A program made the position numbers and the translations under genes. From contig OZ253564.1 in assembly GCA_965262915.1 (NCBI GenBank), positions 4,544,001 to 4,608,000 on the forward strand: 64,000 nucleotides of DNA. Reading direction: 5' to 3'. Below, one piece after another: positions 39,255 to 49,370 of the stretch (positions are counted from its first letter, which is position 1; each line of letters begins with the position of its first letter). The notes under the pieces were generated by a model. That model was given only the letters and a program-made list of their open reading frames with translations, had not been told where the DNA came from and searched no databases. The stretch comes from Candidatus Spongiisociaceae bacterium (GTDB lineage Bacteria; Actinomycetota; Acidimicrobiia; Spongiisociales; Spongiisociaceae).

Positions 39255-39743
39255 TCACTGCGTGGCCCACAGATGATCTCCCAGCGCCTGGATCAGATCG
39301 TCCTGTATTCCGGTCAGGTACACGAGGAGCACCATGGCCGGCGCGGGGGGGCTGCCCACGTCACGGGTCTCACCCCACCCCTCCTCCTCGATCCCGAGCC
39401 GGGCTGCGAGGGCGAGGCGCGCCTCGTTGATGACCGTCAACCACGACTCCCCCTCCGCTGTGGTCAGCTTCACGGGCCCGTCACGAGCCGCCTCGAGAGA
39501 CGAGGTCACCGCCGCCCGGTCCGTTTGGCGCTGCCGGTCCATCTCCGGCGCCATGAGCCTCCCGTACTCGGATTGTGCCTCGGCATCGTCCGGGTAAACA
39601 TCCACCGACAGCCTCCGCTCAGCCGGGTCGCCGCTCTCGCGCCCGACCGATTCGAGGATCGTCCGCATGAGCGACAACGCGTGGATGTCGTCATCGCGAA
39701 GTCGCATCTCTATCACCCCGGAGCGCGATCGAAAACGCCGCAT
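39255..39743 (-). CDS. DUF2017 family protein
   Basis: DPAERRL..DVYPDD, WLTVINEARLALAARLGI; TGATG overlap with clpS. Confidence 0.85.
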   Translation of the reverse strand: MRRFRSRSGVIEMRLRDDDIHALSLMRTILESVGRESGDPAERRLSVDVYPDDAEAQSEYGRLMAPEMDRQRQTDRAAVTSSLEAARDGPVKLTTAEGESWLTVINEARLALAARLGIEEEGWGETRDVGSPPAPAMVLLVYLTGIQDDLIQALGDHLWATQ

Positions 39744-40030
39744 CAGGCTCGCTCGATGGTCGCCCATAGGGCGTGGCGGTGCAGCGTGTAGCAGTCGATC
39801 TCCGCCTTCTCGCGGGGTGCGGTGCTGACCACCGACCGGCCTTCGTGGTGAACCTCGAGCATCAGCCGGGTGGCCTTCTCCTCCGAGTATCCGAAAACCT
39901 TCCGGAAGACCAGGACCACGTAGGACATGAGGTTGATGGGGTCGTTCCACACCACCACGTTCCAGCCGCGATCGAGATCCGTCTTCTCTCCGGTGTCCGG
40001 AAGGTCGATAGTCACGGGCGCAACGGCCAT
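39743..40030 (-). CDS. clpS: ATP-dependent Clp protease adaptor ClpS
   Basis: WNVVVWNDPINLMSYV, MLEVHHEGRS, LWATIE. Confidence 0.95.
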   Translation of the reverse strand: MAVAPVTIDLPDTGEKTDLDRGWNVVVWNDPINLMSYVVLVFRKVFGYSEEKATRLMLEVHHEGRSVVSTAPREKAEIDCYTLHRHALWATIERA

Positions 40031-40094
40031 CAAACTCCTCCGGTCGGCTGATCGGTACAGGCACTAGCAGGGTGCTCGAAGCCGGTGACAGCCG

Positions 40095-40124
40095 TTGACC
40101 CGCCGTCCGCTGACTTCGTATTCT
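40095..40124 (+). promoter_or_regulatory. Putative SigA-type promoter
   Basis: TTGACC-N18-TATTCT. Confidence 0.55.
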
Positions 40125-40257
40125 GTCATCGACCATCGGGCCGGCCGGGGTCTGCAAGCACCCTCCGCAACCCCTACCAGGATATCCCGTATCGAATCCG
40201 GGCGTTTCGTCGAACGAGACCCTTGAACAGGGTCGGCGGATCGGGCACCTTTAGGGC

Positions 40258-40491
40258 ATGAGCGATCAACACAACTTCAAACGACAGAGCCATACCCCGC
40301 CGATGCGACGTACCCTCAGGGACTCGCTGATCGAGGCCGAGCAACTCCGTCACCCGGTCCGGATGGTAACCGCAGGCGGTCGCAGCGTGAGCGGAGTCCT
40401 GACCGAGATCGGTATCGACTTCGCGGAGGTCCAGACCGAGGACTGCCCGGTCGACATCGCCCTGTTCTATATCGAGAGCGTCTCCTGGTAG
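40258..40491 (+). CDS. Small hypothetical protein, possibly Sm/LSm-like beta fold
   Basis: 77 aa; helix followed by VRMVTAGGRSVSGVLTEIGIDFAEV...IALFYIESV. Confidence 0.6.
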   Translation: MSDQHNFKRQSHTPPMRRTLRDSLIEAEQLRHPVRMVTAGGRSVSGVLTEIGIDFAEVQTEDCPVDIALFYIESVSW

Positions 40492-40506
40492 CCGGTCGGC
40501 GGGCGG

Positions 40507-40680
40507 TCAGGGCAACACGGCCGCGCGGCAGGTACAGGGTTGCCGAAGCTCGGCCAACGTCGCCGCTCGGGGCTCGAAGATCTCCCTGACCCCTCAGAGC
40601 CGGGCCGGTGGAGCATGTCCGCGTAGAACCGGTACTTCCCAGGCTTCCTCGGCCGGCCGTGACTCCAGCCGGGTAAGATT
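40507..40680 (-). pseudogene. Degenerate duplicate of the pheA 3' end
   Basis: Near-identical blocks to 43545-43611 (LTRLESRPAEE, KYRFYADMLH); similarity runs to the stop, with frameshifts. Confidence 0.85.
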
Positions 40681-40866
40681 CCCACCCCGTCGTTCCTCGG
40701 TTTCGGGATCGTACCGTCGGAGTTCGTCAGTTTCGCTCCCCACCTGACCACACTGTTGGTGCTGTCATTGGCGGATCAGAAGATCCGTCCGCCTCAGGGG
40801 ATCGGTGTCCCCTATCGTCGTAGCGAGGCCAACTGATGAGGTCCAAACCCGTCCGACGACAGGAGC

Positions 40867-41868
40867 ATGGTGAACGGGCAATACTGGGAAAGCCCGGTAC
40901 TCCGGTCGGCGGCAAGTGTGGTGGAGCGCTCCGAGCAAGTCCGCACGTCAAAAGATGCCGTAGATCGGATCGCCGGGTGGATGGCCTACGAGGAGTTCGC
41001 TTTCCCTCGCGGAGGAGCGGCGGGCGAGTTCGACGTGGGCTCGGATCCGAACGACATCATCGACGTGACGATGCTGGTGGCAGCCCTGAACTTTGCTTTC
41101 ACGGATTTTGACACCCGGCGAAAGTTCGAGGCCACGTACAAGGGACGGACCTGGTCTGACAGCCTCGGAATGTTCGCCTGCCTTCATCAGGCCCTTTCGA
41201 ACGGAGTCCCGCTGCTCGACGGTGCGTATCTCGCGTCGATCACGCGGGCTGATCTGGAGCACATCCTTCACGGCAACATCGAGATGCCCATGCTCGACGA
41301 ACGACAAGAGATCCTCAACGATGTAGGCGCCGTGCTGGTGGATCGGTACGGGGGTCGGTTCCATCGCTTCGTCCGGGATTGTGCTCCTGCGATGTATGCC
41401 GGGGGTGACGGGCTCCTCGAACGGCTCATCGTCGAGTTCCCCCGTTTCGACGACACCAGCGACTACCACGGCACCGAAGTACACATCCTCAAACTGGCCC
41501 AGCTCGGCCTTTGGACGCTGCATATGGCGCTGCACTCCACCGGCGAGTGGAGCCTCGCTGACCTGTCGATGATGACCGCCTTCGCCGACTACATCGTTCC
41601 GGTGGCCCTGGACGTAATGGGGATCATCGAATACGCGCCTGACCTGTCAACTCGCATCGCCAACGGGGTCATGATCGATCGGGACAGCGATGAGGAGATC
41701 GAAATCCGGGCCCACACCCTGTATGCGACCGCTCTGTTGACAGACGCTATCAACGCCCTCCGACCCTCGGACTTGCAGGTCGTCATCCCTCAGGTTGACC
41801 TTCGCCTCTGGTTGAGCTACCACGCAACCTTTCGACCACACCACCTCACCAGGACGGTCATGTACTGA
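40867..41868 (+). CDS. Queuosine salvage family protein (DUF2419/QNG1-like)
   Basis: LNFAF, MPMLDER, FPRFDD, KLAQL, TAFADYIVP, EEIEIRA, VD..LW, HHLTRTVMY. Confidence 0.88.
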   Translation: MVNGQYWESPVLRSAASVVERSEQVRTSKDAVDRIAGWMAYEEFAFPRGGAAGEFDVGSDPNDIIDVTMLVAALNFAFTDFDTRRKFEATYKGRTWSDSLGMFACLHQALSNGVPLLDGAYLASITRADLEHILHGNIEMPMLDERQEILNDVGAVLVDRYGGRFHRFVRDCAPAMYAGGDGLLERLIVEFPRFDDTSDYHGTEVHILKLAQLGLWTLHMALHSTGEWSLADLSMMTAFADYIVPVALDVMGIIEYAPDLSTRIANGVMIDRDSDEEIEIRAHTLYATALLTDAINALRPSDLQVVIPQVDLRLWLSYHATFRPHHLTRTVMY

Positions 41869-41909
41869 ACTGGCTGCTTCGGCGAACCGGCCCGGTCGGC
41901 TATCGCAGC

Positions 41910-43061
41910 ATGCTGCGTATACCGGGGGCCCGACCGCTATTGTGGTTCGGTCTGATCGGTCGGTTCCCCAACTCCATGTACCCGGTGGGCCTGGTATTCG
42001 CGGGAGAAGCGATCTCCGGGTCATACGGAGTAGGGGGCTCGGCCTCCGCGGGCTTCAGCCTCGCTGCGGCGGTGGCGAGGCCCATCGGTGGACGGCTCGT
42101 GGACCGCTACGGCCAGCGGCTCATGGCCAGGGCCCTGCTGGCAGCTTTCGTGGGTGCTTCCATCGGCCTACTGGTGGCAATCGGGTTCGTCGCTGCGCCG
42201 TGGGTCATCGTGTCGCTGGCAGTCGCGGCGGGGCTGACCGTACCGAACGTAGGCGCCCTCACCCGGGTCCGCTGGACCCAGATGGCCAAGCGATCCGACC
42301 TCACGCGCTGGCAAGCATTGGAGTCCGTAAACGACGAGATCAACTTCATCGTCGGACCTTCGGTGGTAGCGATTATGGCCGCCTGGCTTACGGCTTCAAT
42401 GTCATTGTTGACCGCGATCGCTCTAGCGGTGATCGGCACGCTCGGGGTGACCTCACTCCCCGGAGAACCGCGCGCCACCGGAGTCCAGCGCGAGAAGGTA
42501 ACGAGCTGGATGAAAGCCACGCACGTTGGGATGCTGGGTTCCGTGGCAGGCCTCGGCATGGTTCTGGGCGGCCTCACCATTACGGTCGTTGCCTACACAG
42601 CCGAACTCGGCTACCCGGCCTGGGCGGCCGCGATCTTCCCCCTAAATGCCGGCGCCAGCCTCGTAGCCGCCCTAGTCGTAGGCGGTATGAAGCCCGGCGA
42701 CCTCGTCTCTCGACATCGGAAAGCAACCCTGTGGCTGCTGGCGGTGCTGATCCCGTACGCCTTGGGCGAAGGGATCGTATGGTTCACGGTCACCGCGATG
42801 ATCGCCGGTTTGGGAACGTCACCCAACTTGATCCAGGCCAACTCGTTGGTTGCCGCCACTACCTCGCTTGATCGGCGGACCGAGGCCTTCTCATGGATCG
42901 CCGCCGCGGTCGGCGTCGGCATCGCGGTCGGATCGGCGGTCACCGGGCTGCTCGTCGATGCCATCGGAGCCGAAGAGACCAGAAGCTGGGTCACCGTGTT
43001 CGGTGCTTGTCCTGCCGCCATCACGTTCATTATGAGCCTGACCCGATCGCGACGGGCCTGA
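41910..43061 (+). CDS. MFS transporter
   Basis: About 12 TM helices; motif A GRLVDRYG; ALESVNDEINFIVGP. Confidence 0.9.
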   Translation: MLRIPGARPLLWFGLIGRFPNSMYPVGLVFAGEAISGSYGVGGSASAGFSLAAAVARPIGGRLVDRYGQRLMARALLAAFVGASIGLLVAIGFVAAPWVIVSLAVAAGLTVPNVGALTRVRWTQMAKRSDLTRWQALESVNDEINFIVGPSVVAIMAAWLTASMSLLTAIALAVIGTLGVTSLPGEPRATGVQREKVTSWMKATHVGMLGSVAGLGMVLGGLTITVVAYTAELGYPAWAAAIFPLNAGASLVAALVVGGMKPGDLVSRHRKATLWLLAVLIPYALGEGIVWFTVTAMIAGLGTSPNLIQANSLVAATTSLDRRTEAFSWIAAAVGVGIAVGSAVTGLLVDAIGAEETRSWVTVFGACPAAITFIMSLTRSRRA

Positions 43062-43440
43062 TGACCATCACGGTCTTGCTGGATGTCGACACCGGAATCG
43101 ACGACTCCCACGCCCTCCTGGACGCAGTCGCACCCCCCGAGGTCGACCTTCTGGGCGTCAGTTGCGTAGCAGGCAACGTCTCCCTCGATGAGGTCACAGC
43201 CAACACGGCCGCCGTACTGGACCTGGGAGGACGCTCCGACGTGGAAGCAGCAGCGGGATGCGCACGGCCTATCGCTCGACCGCTCGTCACCACCCCGGAG
43301 ACACAGGACCCACCGGAAGCCGGCCATGCAGTTGTGGTGACCGCATCGCCAGATCGGGTCAGCAGGACGTCGGGGTCGACCTGATAGTCGAGACCGCCCG
43401 CTCGCAGCCGGGGGAGGTCACCCTGGTATTGACCTATTGG
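43061..43440 (+). pseudogene. Truncated, frameshifted IU-nucleoside hydrolase
   Basis: TGATG overlap with MFS; DVDTGIDD, VAGNV, GCARP; continues in another frame as DLIVETARSQPGEVTLV, then breaks at the pheA stop. Confidence 0.85.
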
Positions 43441-43443
43441 CGA

Positions 43444-44259
43444 TCAGGGCGAAGCCGCTGCTCGATAAGTGCCGAGGATTCGCATCTCCACCATAGTGGC
43501 GGGCCGCGGCTCGAGGACGGCCCTGACACCTTCGGGCCCCGGTTGGTGGAGCATGTCCGCATAGAACCGGTACTTCCACGCCTCCTCGGCCGGCCGTGAC
43601 TCCAGCCGGGTGAGGTTTGCACCTCGCAGGCCCAGTTCTGCCAGTGCAAGAGCCAGCGCTCCCGGGGAGTGGGCGGTTGCGAACACGAACGAGGTCTTGT
43701 TGGCGTCCGGCGTCACCTCGTAACCATTGGCCACGAGAACGACGAACCGGGTGGTGTTATGTTCCTGATCCATGAAGTCCCTTGCCAGGACTTCGACGCC
43801 ATTGCCCGCGGCCGCCTCCGGTGGCGCCAGGGCCGCCGCGGTCGGATCACCCAGGTCGGATATGAAACGAACCGCGCCCGCCGTGTCGTAGGTAGCGAGC
43901 GGTTCCCAGCCGGCCTGCTCGATCCGATCATCGGCCTGCGCCAGCGCCTGCGGATGGGAACGAACCGTCTTGATCCCCTCGAGCGTCGCGCCCGAGAGGC
44001 CGATGAGGGAATGTCGCACCTCCACGAGATGCTCGCCGATGATCGAGGCCCGGTTGCGAGTAAGCCGATCCAGAACCGGAAGGACGCTCCCCGTGGTGGA
44101 GTTCTCGATGGGTAGCACCAAGCGGTCCACCTCACCGTCTGCCAGAGCGTGGAAGGCGTGCGCGAAGCCGCTAAACCCGAGTCGCTGGGCCTGCGGGAAC
44201 AGTTCCCGGACCGCCTGATCGGAGTACGAACGTGCTTCGCCCTGGTATCCAACCTTCAT
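43444..44259 (-). CDS. pheA: Prephenate dehydratase
   Basis: YQGE, PIENSTTG, SHPQALAQ, NTTRF, NLTRLESRP. Confidence 0.95.
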   Translation of the reverse strand: MKVGYQGEARSYSDQAVRELFPQAQRLGFSGFAHAFHALADGEVDRLVLPIENSTTGSVLPVLDRLTRNRASIIGEHLVEVRHSLIGLSGATLEGIKTVRSHPQALAQADDRIEQAGWEPLATYDTAGAVRFISDLGDPTAAALAPPEAAAGNGVEVLARDFMDQEHNTTRFVVLVANGYEVTPDANKTSFVFATAHSPGALALALAELGLRGANLTRLESRPAEEAWKYRFYADMLHQPGPEGVRAVLEPRPATMVEMRILGTYRAAASP

Positions 44260-44465
44260 CCGCCCGCAGGGTACCCGCCCTAGGAGGGTGGTCTAAAACG
44301 GAGGGGAGCAACGGCCCGTCTTCCTCTGAACAGGCATTATGTCATCGGTCGACGGGCCGTCAAGGGGTTTTACACCACCCTCCTCGAGACCGTCGCAGTC
44401 GGGCACCCGGTCCGGATGCCCGACCGGAACAGCCGGCACTGCGGCTCGGATACCATTCCTCCGTG

Positions 44466-44930
44466 ATGCCACCCGACTCGCCCGCGGAGCTGACCGCGTA
44501 CCTGCACCGGTCCATCCCGTTGACGGCCGTCATGGGAATCACGACCGTCGAGACCTCCTGGGACGCGGCAGTGCTCGGCGCGCCGTACCGGAACAACGTC
44601 AACCACGAGGGGACATTCTTCGGGGGGAGCCTGTCGGCGCTGGGACTTCTCGCAGGGTTCGCGGTGTTGCGTCACCGGCTGCAGGCCATGGGTCGTCGGC
44701 ACCGGATAGTCATCCGCCGCAACACCTACTCCTACGAGCGCCCTGCCACCACCGATGTCACGGCTCGAGCCGAGATCGATCCGATACGCTGGCAGGAGCT
44801 ACTCGACAGTCTCGGTCGGCGCGGTAAGGGAAAAATCACCCTGGACGTGGTGGTATCCGACTCCTGCCAGCGCCGGGTAGGACATCTGACCGGCGTTTTC
44901 GCGCTGCTCCCGACGAACGGAGCAACCTGA
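44466..44930 (+). CDS. YiiD C-terminal-like hotdog-fold thioesterase
   Basis: LHRSIPLTAVMGI, NVNHEGTFFGGS. Confidence 0.85.
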   Translation: MPPDSPAELTAYLHRSIPLTAVMGITTVETSWDAAVLGAPYRNNVNHEGTFFGGSLSALGLLAGFAVLRHRLQAMGRRHRIVIRRNTYSYERPATTDVTARAEIDPIRWQELLDSLGRRGKGKITLDVVVSDSCQRRVGHLTGVFALLPTNGAT

Positions 44931-44951
44931 TCCGGTCAGCGGCCCCGAGAG

Positions 44952-47096
44952 CTACCTGTCGAACACCGAGTCGGCGAGGATCATCGAGATGTCCCTGACC
45001 GCCACAGAATCCTCTTCGCCTATCTCCCGGATACCGTCGTCGAGCATCACGAGGCAGAAGGGGCAGGCCACGGCCACCTCGGCGGCGCCGGTTGCGACGG
45101 CCTCCTCGGCCCGGTCGACGCTGACCTTCTTGCCGACGTGCTCCTCCATCCACATCTGGGACCCGCCCGCGCCGCAGCAGAAGGATCTGGTACCGGAGCG
45201 GCCCATCTCGACTACCTCGATACCACCGATCGAGGCCACCACGCTCCGGGGCGCCATGTAGACGCCGTTGTGGCGGCCGAGGTAGCAGGAGTCGTGGTAG
45301 GTGACCTTGCGGGCCTGGCCGGTCCTGGGCTTTAGCAGGCCCATCTCCACCAGTTCGGTGAGCAGCTGGCTGTGATGGATCACGTCGTAGTCCCCCCCGA
45401 ACTGCGGGTACTCGTTCTTCAGGGTGTTGAAGCAGTGGGGGCACTGGGTGATGACCTTCTTCACCCCCAATTCCCCGAGGGTGGCGATGTTATCGATGGC
45501 CAGCATCTGGAAGACGAACTCGTTCCCCGACCGGCGGGCCGGGTCACCCGTGCACAACTCGGCCGGCCCGAGGATGGCGAAGTCCACCCCGGCCTCGTGC
45601 ATCAGCCGGGCCGTGGCCACCGTCACCTTCTGGTTGCGGTCGTCGAACGACCCCGCACAACCCACCCAGTACAAGTACTCGGCTGTTTGAACGTCCTGCC
45701 CCAGGATCGGCACATCGAAGTCGAGCCGGGCCGTCCAGGCCGCCCGCCCGCCCTGTCCCATTCCGTACGGGTTGGAAGAGTTCTCCATCGACAGGTAGGC
45801 CTTGCCCAACTCGCTGGGGAAGTCCGCCTCCATGAGGGCCAGGTAGCGCCGCATATCGAGGATCTTGTCGAGTATCTCGATGTCGACCGGACAGATCTCG
45901 TCGCATGCCTTGCACGACGTGCAGGCCCACAGTTCCTCGGGCGTGATCCGCTCGAACACGCTCTCCGCGGAGACGGTGATCGCCTGGTCGACCGTGACGG
46001 GGCCGGTGACCACCGGATCGGCGGTGCGGGCGGCTACCTCACCGAGCTTCAGGACGATCTCGCGGGGATCCAGGGCCTTGCCGGTGACGTTGGCCGGACA
46101 GACCGACGTGCACCGACCGCAAACCGTGCATGTATCGGTGTCCAGGAGTTGCTTCCACGTGAACTCTCCCACCAACGCCGCGCCCACCGTCTCGATGTCG
46201 TCCACCTCCATGAGGTTGGGCATTTCCCTCATGGCTCCCGGGGGACGCTCGCGGGGACCGAGGAACATGTTCACCGGGGACGTGACCATGTGGCGCAACT
46301 TGGTGGTGGGCAGCACCACCAGGAAGGCCAGGAACGAGACGACGTGAAGGATCCACACGATCTGATGGATCCCGGCAGCGGAAGCCATGGGAACCAGCAG
46401 GGACAGGGGGTAGCCGACGAACGACCACACCTCGTAGGCAGGCCGGCCCTCCACCGCGATCCGGGCTGCTTCGGTCGCCAGGCCGCTAATACCGATCAGG
46501 GCCAGCGTCACGAGGATCCACAGGTCTTCGGGACGGGTCTTGGAACGCAGACGCCACGGCGCCTGCCCGTACCTGCGGAGGGCAGCCCACCCCAGGCCGC
46601 CCAGGAACACCAATGCCGCGCCGTCGAGCACGAACGAGTATCCGCGGTAAACGTTTCCTTGGAGGAACTTGAAGTCGGCGGGGAGGAGGTGGTCGATCTC
46701 CAGGGTCACCGTACCGAGGAACAGCACCAGGAATCCGTAGTAGACCATCGAGTGCATGAGGCCCGCCCACCGATCCCGCATGAGTGTCTGCATACTCATG
46801 CCGGCCCCCATGGCGGCCAGCCGCTCCCGCCATAGACCGGTTCTCCGGTCCGCCGCACCTCGCTGCCAGTTCTTGGCCCGCAGGGAGAACAAATAGAAGG
46901 TCAGGAAGAGAAAGCCGGCCACCGCCACGTAGAACATGGCCTCGAGCGCAGTTGGGATGTTGACGAACACCTCGCGGGAGACGGGGCTCTCGGCGTGACC
47001 CGGGAACTGGCCTGCAAACCAACTCGCCAACGTACCGGCGGCTGCCAACACACCCAGCCACACAAGGACCTCGGCGGCGTTGAACTTACGGCGCAT
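44952..47096 (-). CDS. Membrane-bound Fe-S oxidoreductase (FadF/HdrD-like: NarI-like TM domain, two 4Fe-4S, two CCG domains)
   Basis: [52 protein letters not shown]. Confidence 0.92.
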   Translation of the reverse strand: MRRKFNAAEVLVWLGVLAAAGTLASWFAGQFPGHAESPVSREVFVNIPTALEAMFYVAVAGFLFLTFYLFSLRAKNWQRGAADRRTGLWRERLAAMGAGMSMQTLMRDRWAGLMHSMVYYGFLVLFLGTVTLEIDHLLPADFKFLQGNVYRGYSFVLDGAALVFLGGLGWAALRRYGQAPWRLRSKTRPEDLWILVTLALIGISGLATEAARIAVEGRPAYEVWSFVGYPLSLLVPMASAAGIHQIVWILHVVSFLAFLVVLPTTKLRHMVTSPVNMFLGPRERPPGAMREMPNLMEVDDIETVGAALVGEFTWKQLLDTDTCTVCGRCTSVCPANVTGKALDPREIVLKLGEVAARTADPVVTGPVTVDQAITVSAESVFERITPEELWACTSCKACDEICPVDIEILDKILDMRRYLALMEADFPSELGKAYLSMENSSNPYGMGQGGRAAWTARLDFDVPILGQDVQTAEYLYWVGCAGSFDDRNQKVTVATARLMHEAGVDFAILGPAELCTGDPARRSGNEFVFQMLAIDNIATLGELGVKKVITQCPHCFNTLKNEYPQFGGDYDVIHHSQLLTELVEMGLLKPRTGQARKVTYHDSCYLGRHNGVYMAPRSVVASIGGIEVVEMGRSGTRSFCCGAGGSQMWMEEHVGKKVSVDRAEEAVATGAAEVAVACPFCLVMLDDGIREIGEEDSVAVRDISMILADSVFDR

Positions 47097-47171
47097 CCGG
47101 CTCCCTCCCCAGTCGACCGCGTTCCGAGTGTAGAGCGGTGGCCAGTATCCGGTAGCCGGTGATCGCTGACA

Positions 47172-47987
47172 CTAGCCCGAGGCTTCCGCTCCCAGTTCTC
47201 TCGAACGTTCGGTAGCCGCTGCTATCGCGTGGCCGACCAGAGACGTGAACCCGCCTCGCTCCATAACCGCAAGCGCCGCGGCGGTCGTACCACCCGGAGA
47301 GGTGACCTTGTGGCGCAGCTCCGCGGGCTCCTCCTCCGAGACCTCCATCAGGGTCCCGGATCCTTTGATGGTGCGAGCGGCCAACCGCAGGGCCACATCG
47401 GCCTCCAGACCCTGCCGGATCCCTTCCGCGACCATCGCTTCCGCCAGGAGGTAGGCGTAGGCGGGCCCGCTCCCCGAGACAGCGGTAACCGCATCGAGCA
47501 ACGGCTCTTCCACCTCTTCCACAGCTCCGACAGCGGAGAGCACAGTGCGGGCCAAGGCCATGTGACCGGTGGTCGCGTGGGTGCCGCGGGCACAGGCGGT
47601 GATTCCTTCCCCTACCAGCGCCGGCGTGTTGGGCATGGTCCGGATCACCGGCACATCACCGAGCGCCCGCTCGTAGACGAGGATCGGAACCCCGGCTACC
47701 AGCGCAACGAGCACCTGATCGCCGGCCAGAGCGGCTGCCAACTGAGCGAGGGCGGGGTGGATGTCCTGCGGCTTTACGGCAAGCACCACGACATCCTGAC
47801 CATCGATACCTTCGGAGCAACTGGCAACGGTCCGGCACCCTGTGGAGGCACGGAGTTCGGCGGCCCTGGGTTCGTACGCTTCTATGAGGGTCAGCTCAGC
47901 CGGCCCCCAACCCGCTTTCAGCAGCCCGGCCAGCACAGCGCCGCCCATCGCGCCTACTCCAACGATGGCTATCGAGGGTCTGTCCAT
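47172..47987 (-). CDS. proC: Pyrroline-5-carboxylate reductase
   Basis: GVGAMG, AVKPQ, MPNTP, SGSGPAY, VTSPGGTT. Confidence 0.96.
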   Translation of the reverse strand: MDRPSIAIVGVGAMGGAVLAGLLKAGWGPAELTLIEAYEPRAAELRASTGCRTVASCSEGIDGQDVVVLAVKPQDIHPALAQLAAALAGDQVLVALVAGVPILVYERALGDVPVIRTMPNTPALVGEGITACARGTHATTGHMALARTVLSAVGAVEEVEEPLLDAVTAVSGSGPAYAYLLAEAMVAEGIRQGLEADVALRLAARTIKGSGTLMEVSEEEPAELRHKVTSPGGTTAAALAVMERGGFTSLVGHAIAAATERSRELGAEASG

Positions 47988-48049
47988 GAACGGTCAGTAT
48001 ATGGCGGGCCCGACATCCGGGTCACGGATCCGGTGCCAATGTCATCCGG

Positions 48050-48727
48050 TCAGGACCCGGACGACCTCCCCAAAACCTCCCGGATCATCGAGACCAGGGC
48101 ACCCACCGCATCGCGGTTGTATCCCTCGGGGATGATCACGTCGGCATACCGTTTGGAAGGCTCTACGAACTGGAGGTGCATCGGGCGCACGGTGGCGTGG
48201 TACTGGTCCACCACCGAGGCAAAGGACCTTCCTCGCTCCTCCATGTCCCGCTCCACGCGACGGAGGACCCGCAGATCGGGATCGGTGTCGACGAATACCC
48301 GCAGATCCATGATCTCGCGCAGTTCCGGCTCGGCGAGGATCAGGATCCCTTCGATCAACAAGACCGGGCGTGGTTGGACGGTTGAGGTCTCGGCTCGGCG
48401 CAGGTGCCGCGAGAAATCGTAAACAGGTTGATCGATGGCTTGCCCGGCTGCGAGGTCAGCTATGTGAGTGAGGAGCAACCCCGTCTCCAGCGAGTCGGGA
48501 TGGTCGTAGTTGACACGGGTTCGCTCCTCGTAGGAGAGTTCCGGCCGGTGCCGGTAGTAGGCGTCGTGGGGGATCAGAGCCACCCGATCCGGACCGATCT
48601 GGTCCACGATGGATGCAGAGATGGTCGTCTTGCCCGATCCCGATCCGCCTGCCATCCCGATCACGAAGGGTCTTCCCTCCGGCCATTCGAGGTCTGCGTC
48701 GGCAACCCGAGGGCCGGCCGGGCTCAC
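48050..48727 (-). CDS. udk: Uridine kinase
   Basis: AGGSGSGKTT, DAYY, NYDHPDS, EGIL, RDMEERGR, FVEPSKRYADVIIP. Confidence 0.95.
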   Translation of the reverse strand: MSPAGPRVADADLEWPEGRPFVIGMAGGSGSGKTTISASIVDQIGPDRVALIPHDAYYRHRPELSYEERTRVNYDHPDSLETGLLLTHIADLAAGQAIDQPVYDFSRHLRRAETSTVQPRPVLLIEGILILAEPELREIMDLRVFVDTDPDLRVLRRVERDMEERGRSFASVVDQYHATVRPMHLQFVEPSKRYADVIIPEGYNRDAVGALVSMIREVLGRSSGS

Positions 48728-49293
48728 CTCTTGCCCTTACGGGCTTTCTGTTCGGCCTTCATGCGCGCCTTGTGCTGCCGCAACTCGTCGATCTGCTCGA
48801 ACTCGGCGATGTCGGCGATGGAGGGCCAGTCGGCCGCCACATCCTCCCAACCAGCGGGGGCCTCATCGAGGCGCTTGCCGACTATGCCCACGAAGATCCG
48901 GGACTTGGCAACACCGAAACCGGGGAGTTTCTTGAGTCTCCTAACAAGTTCCCGACCATCTTCGGCGGTACGCCAGACAGCCGCCGCATCACCGTCGTAC
49001 TCGTCGACGAGAGCCTGGCAGAGAGCCTGGGTACGCCGACCCATCGCGTTGGGAAACCGATGCAGGGCAGGCGGCCCCCGGAAGACGGCCTCAAGCTCGT
49101 CGCCGTCCATCGAGGCGATATGGGCTGCGTCGAGCCCGCGTCCCAGCCTTTCCTGGAGAAGGTAAGGCGAGTGGAACGCCATCTCCATCTTCACCTGCTG
49201 ATCGAGCAGCATCCCGATCATGAGGGCGAGTGGGCTGTCGGCCAGCAACCGATTGGCATCCTGGGAGTATGTCCAGGGAAGTACGTCCGGCAT
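48724..49293 (-). CDS. HhH-GPD-type base-excision repair family protein (actinobacterial)
   Basis: PLALMIGMLLDQQ, PALHRFP, LPGFG, SIAD. Confidence 0.88.
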   Translation of the reverse strand: MPDVLPWTYSQDANRLLADSPLALMIGMLLDQQVKMEMAFHSPYLLQERLGRGLDAAHIASMDGDELEAVFRGPPALHRFPNAMGRRTQALCQALVDEYDGDAAAVWRTAEDGRELVRRLKKLPGFGVAKSRIFVGIVGKRLDEAPAGWEDVAADWPSIADIAEFEQIDELRQHKARMKAEQKARKGKR

Positions 49294-49370
49294 CGATCCT
49301 CCTCTCTACCCCGAACGGTAGCCGTACGTCCCGTATGGAGTCACACCGTCACATCTGGTTGACTTGGGGT

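Noticed and set aside
40700-40866. preQ1 riboswitch ahead of the Q-salvage gene
   Set aside because: No preQ1-like stem-loop with A-rich tail is visible
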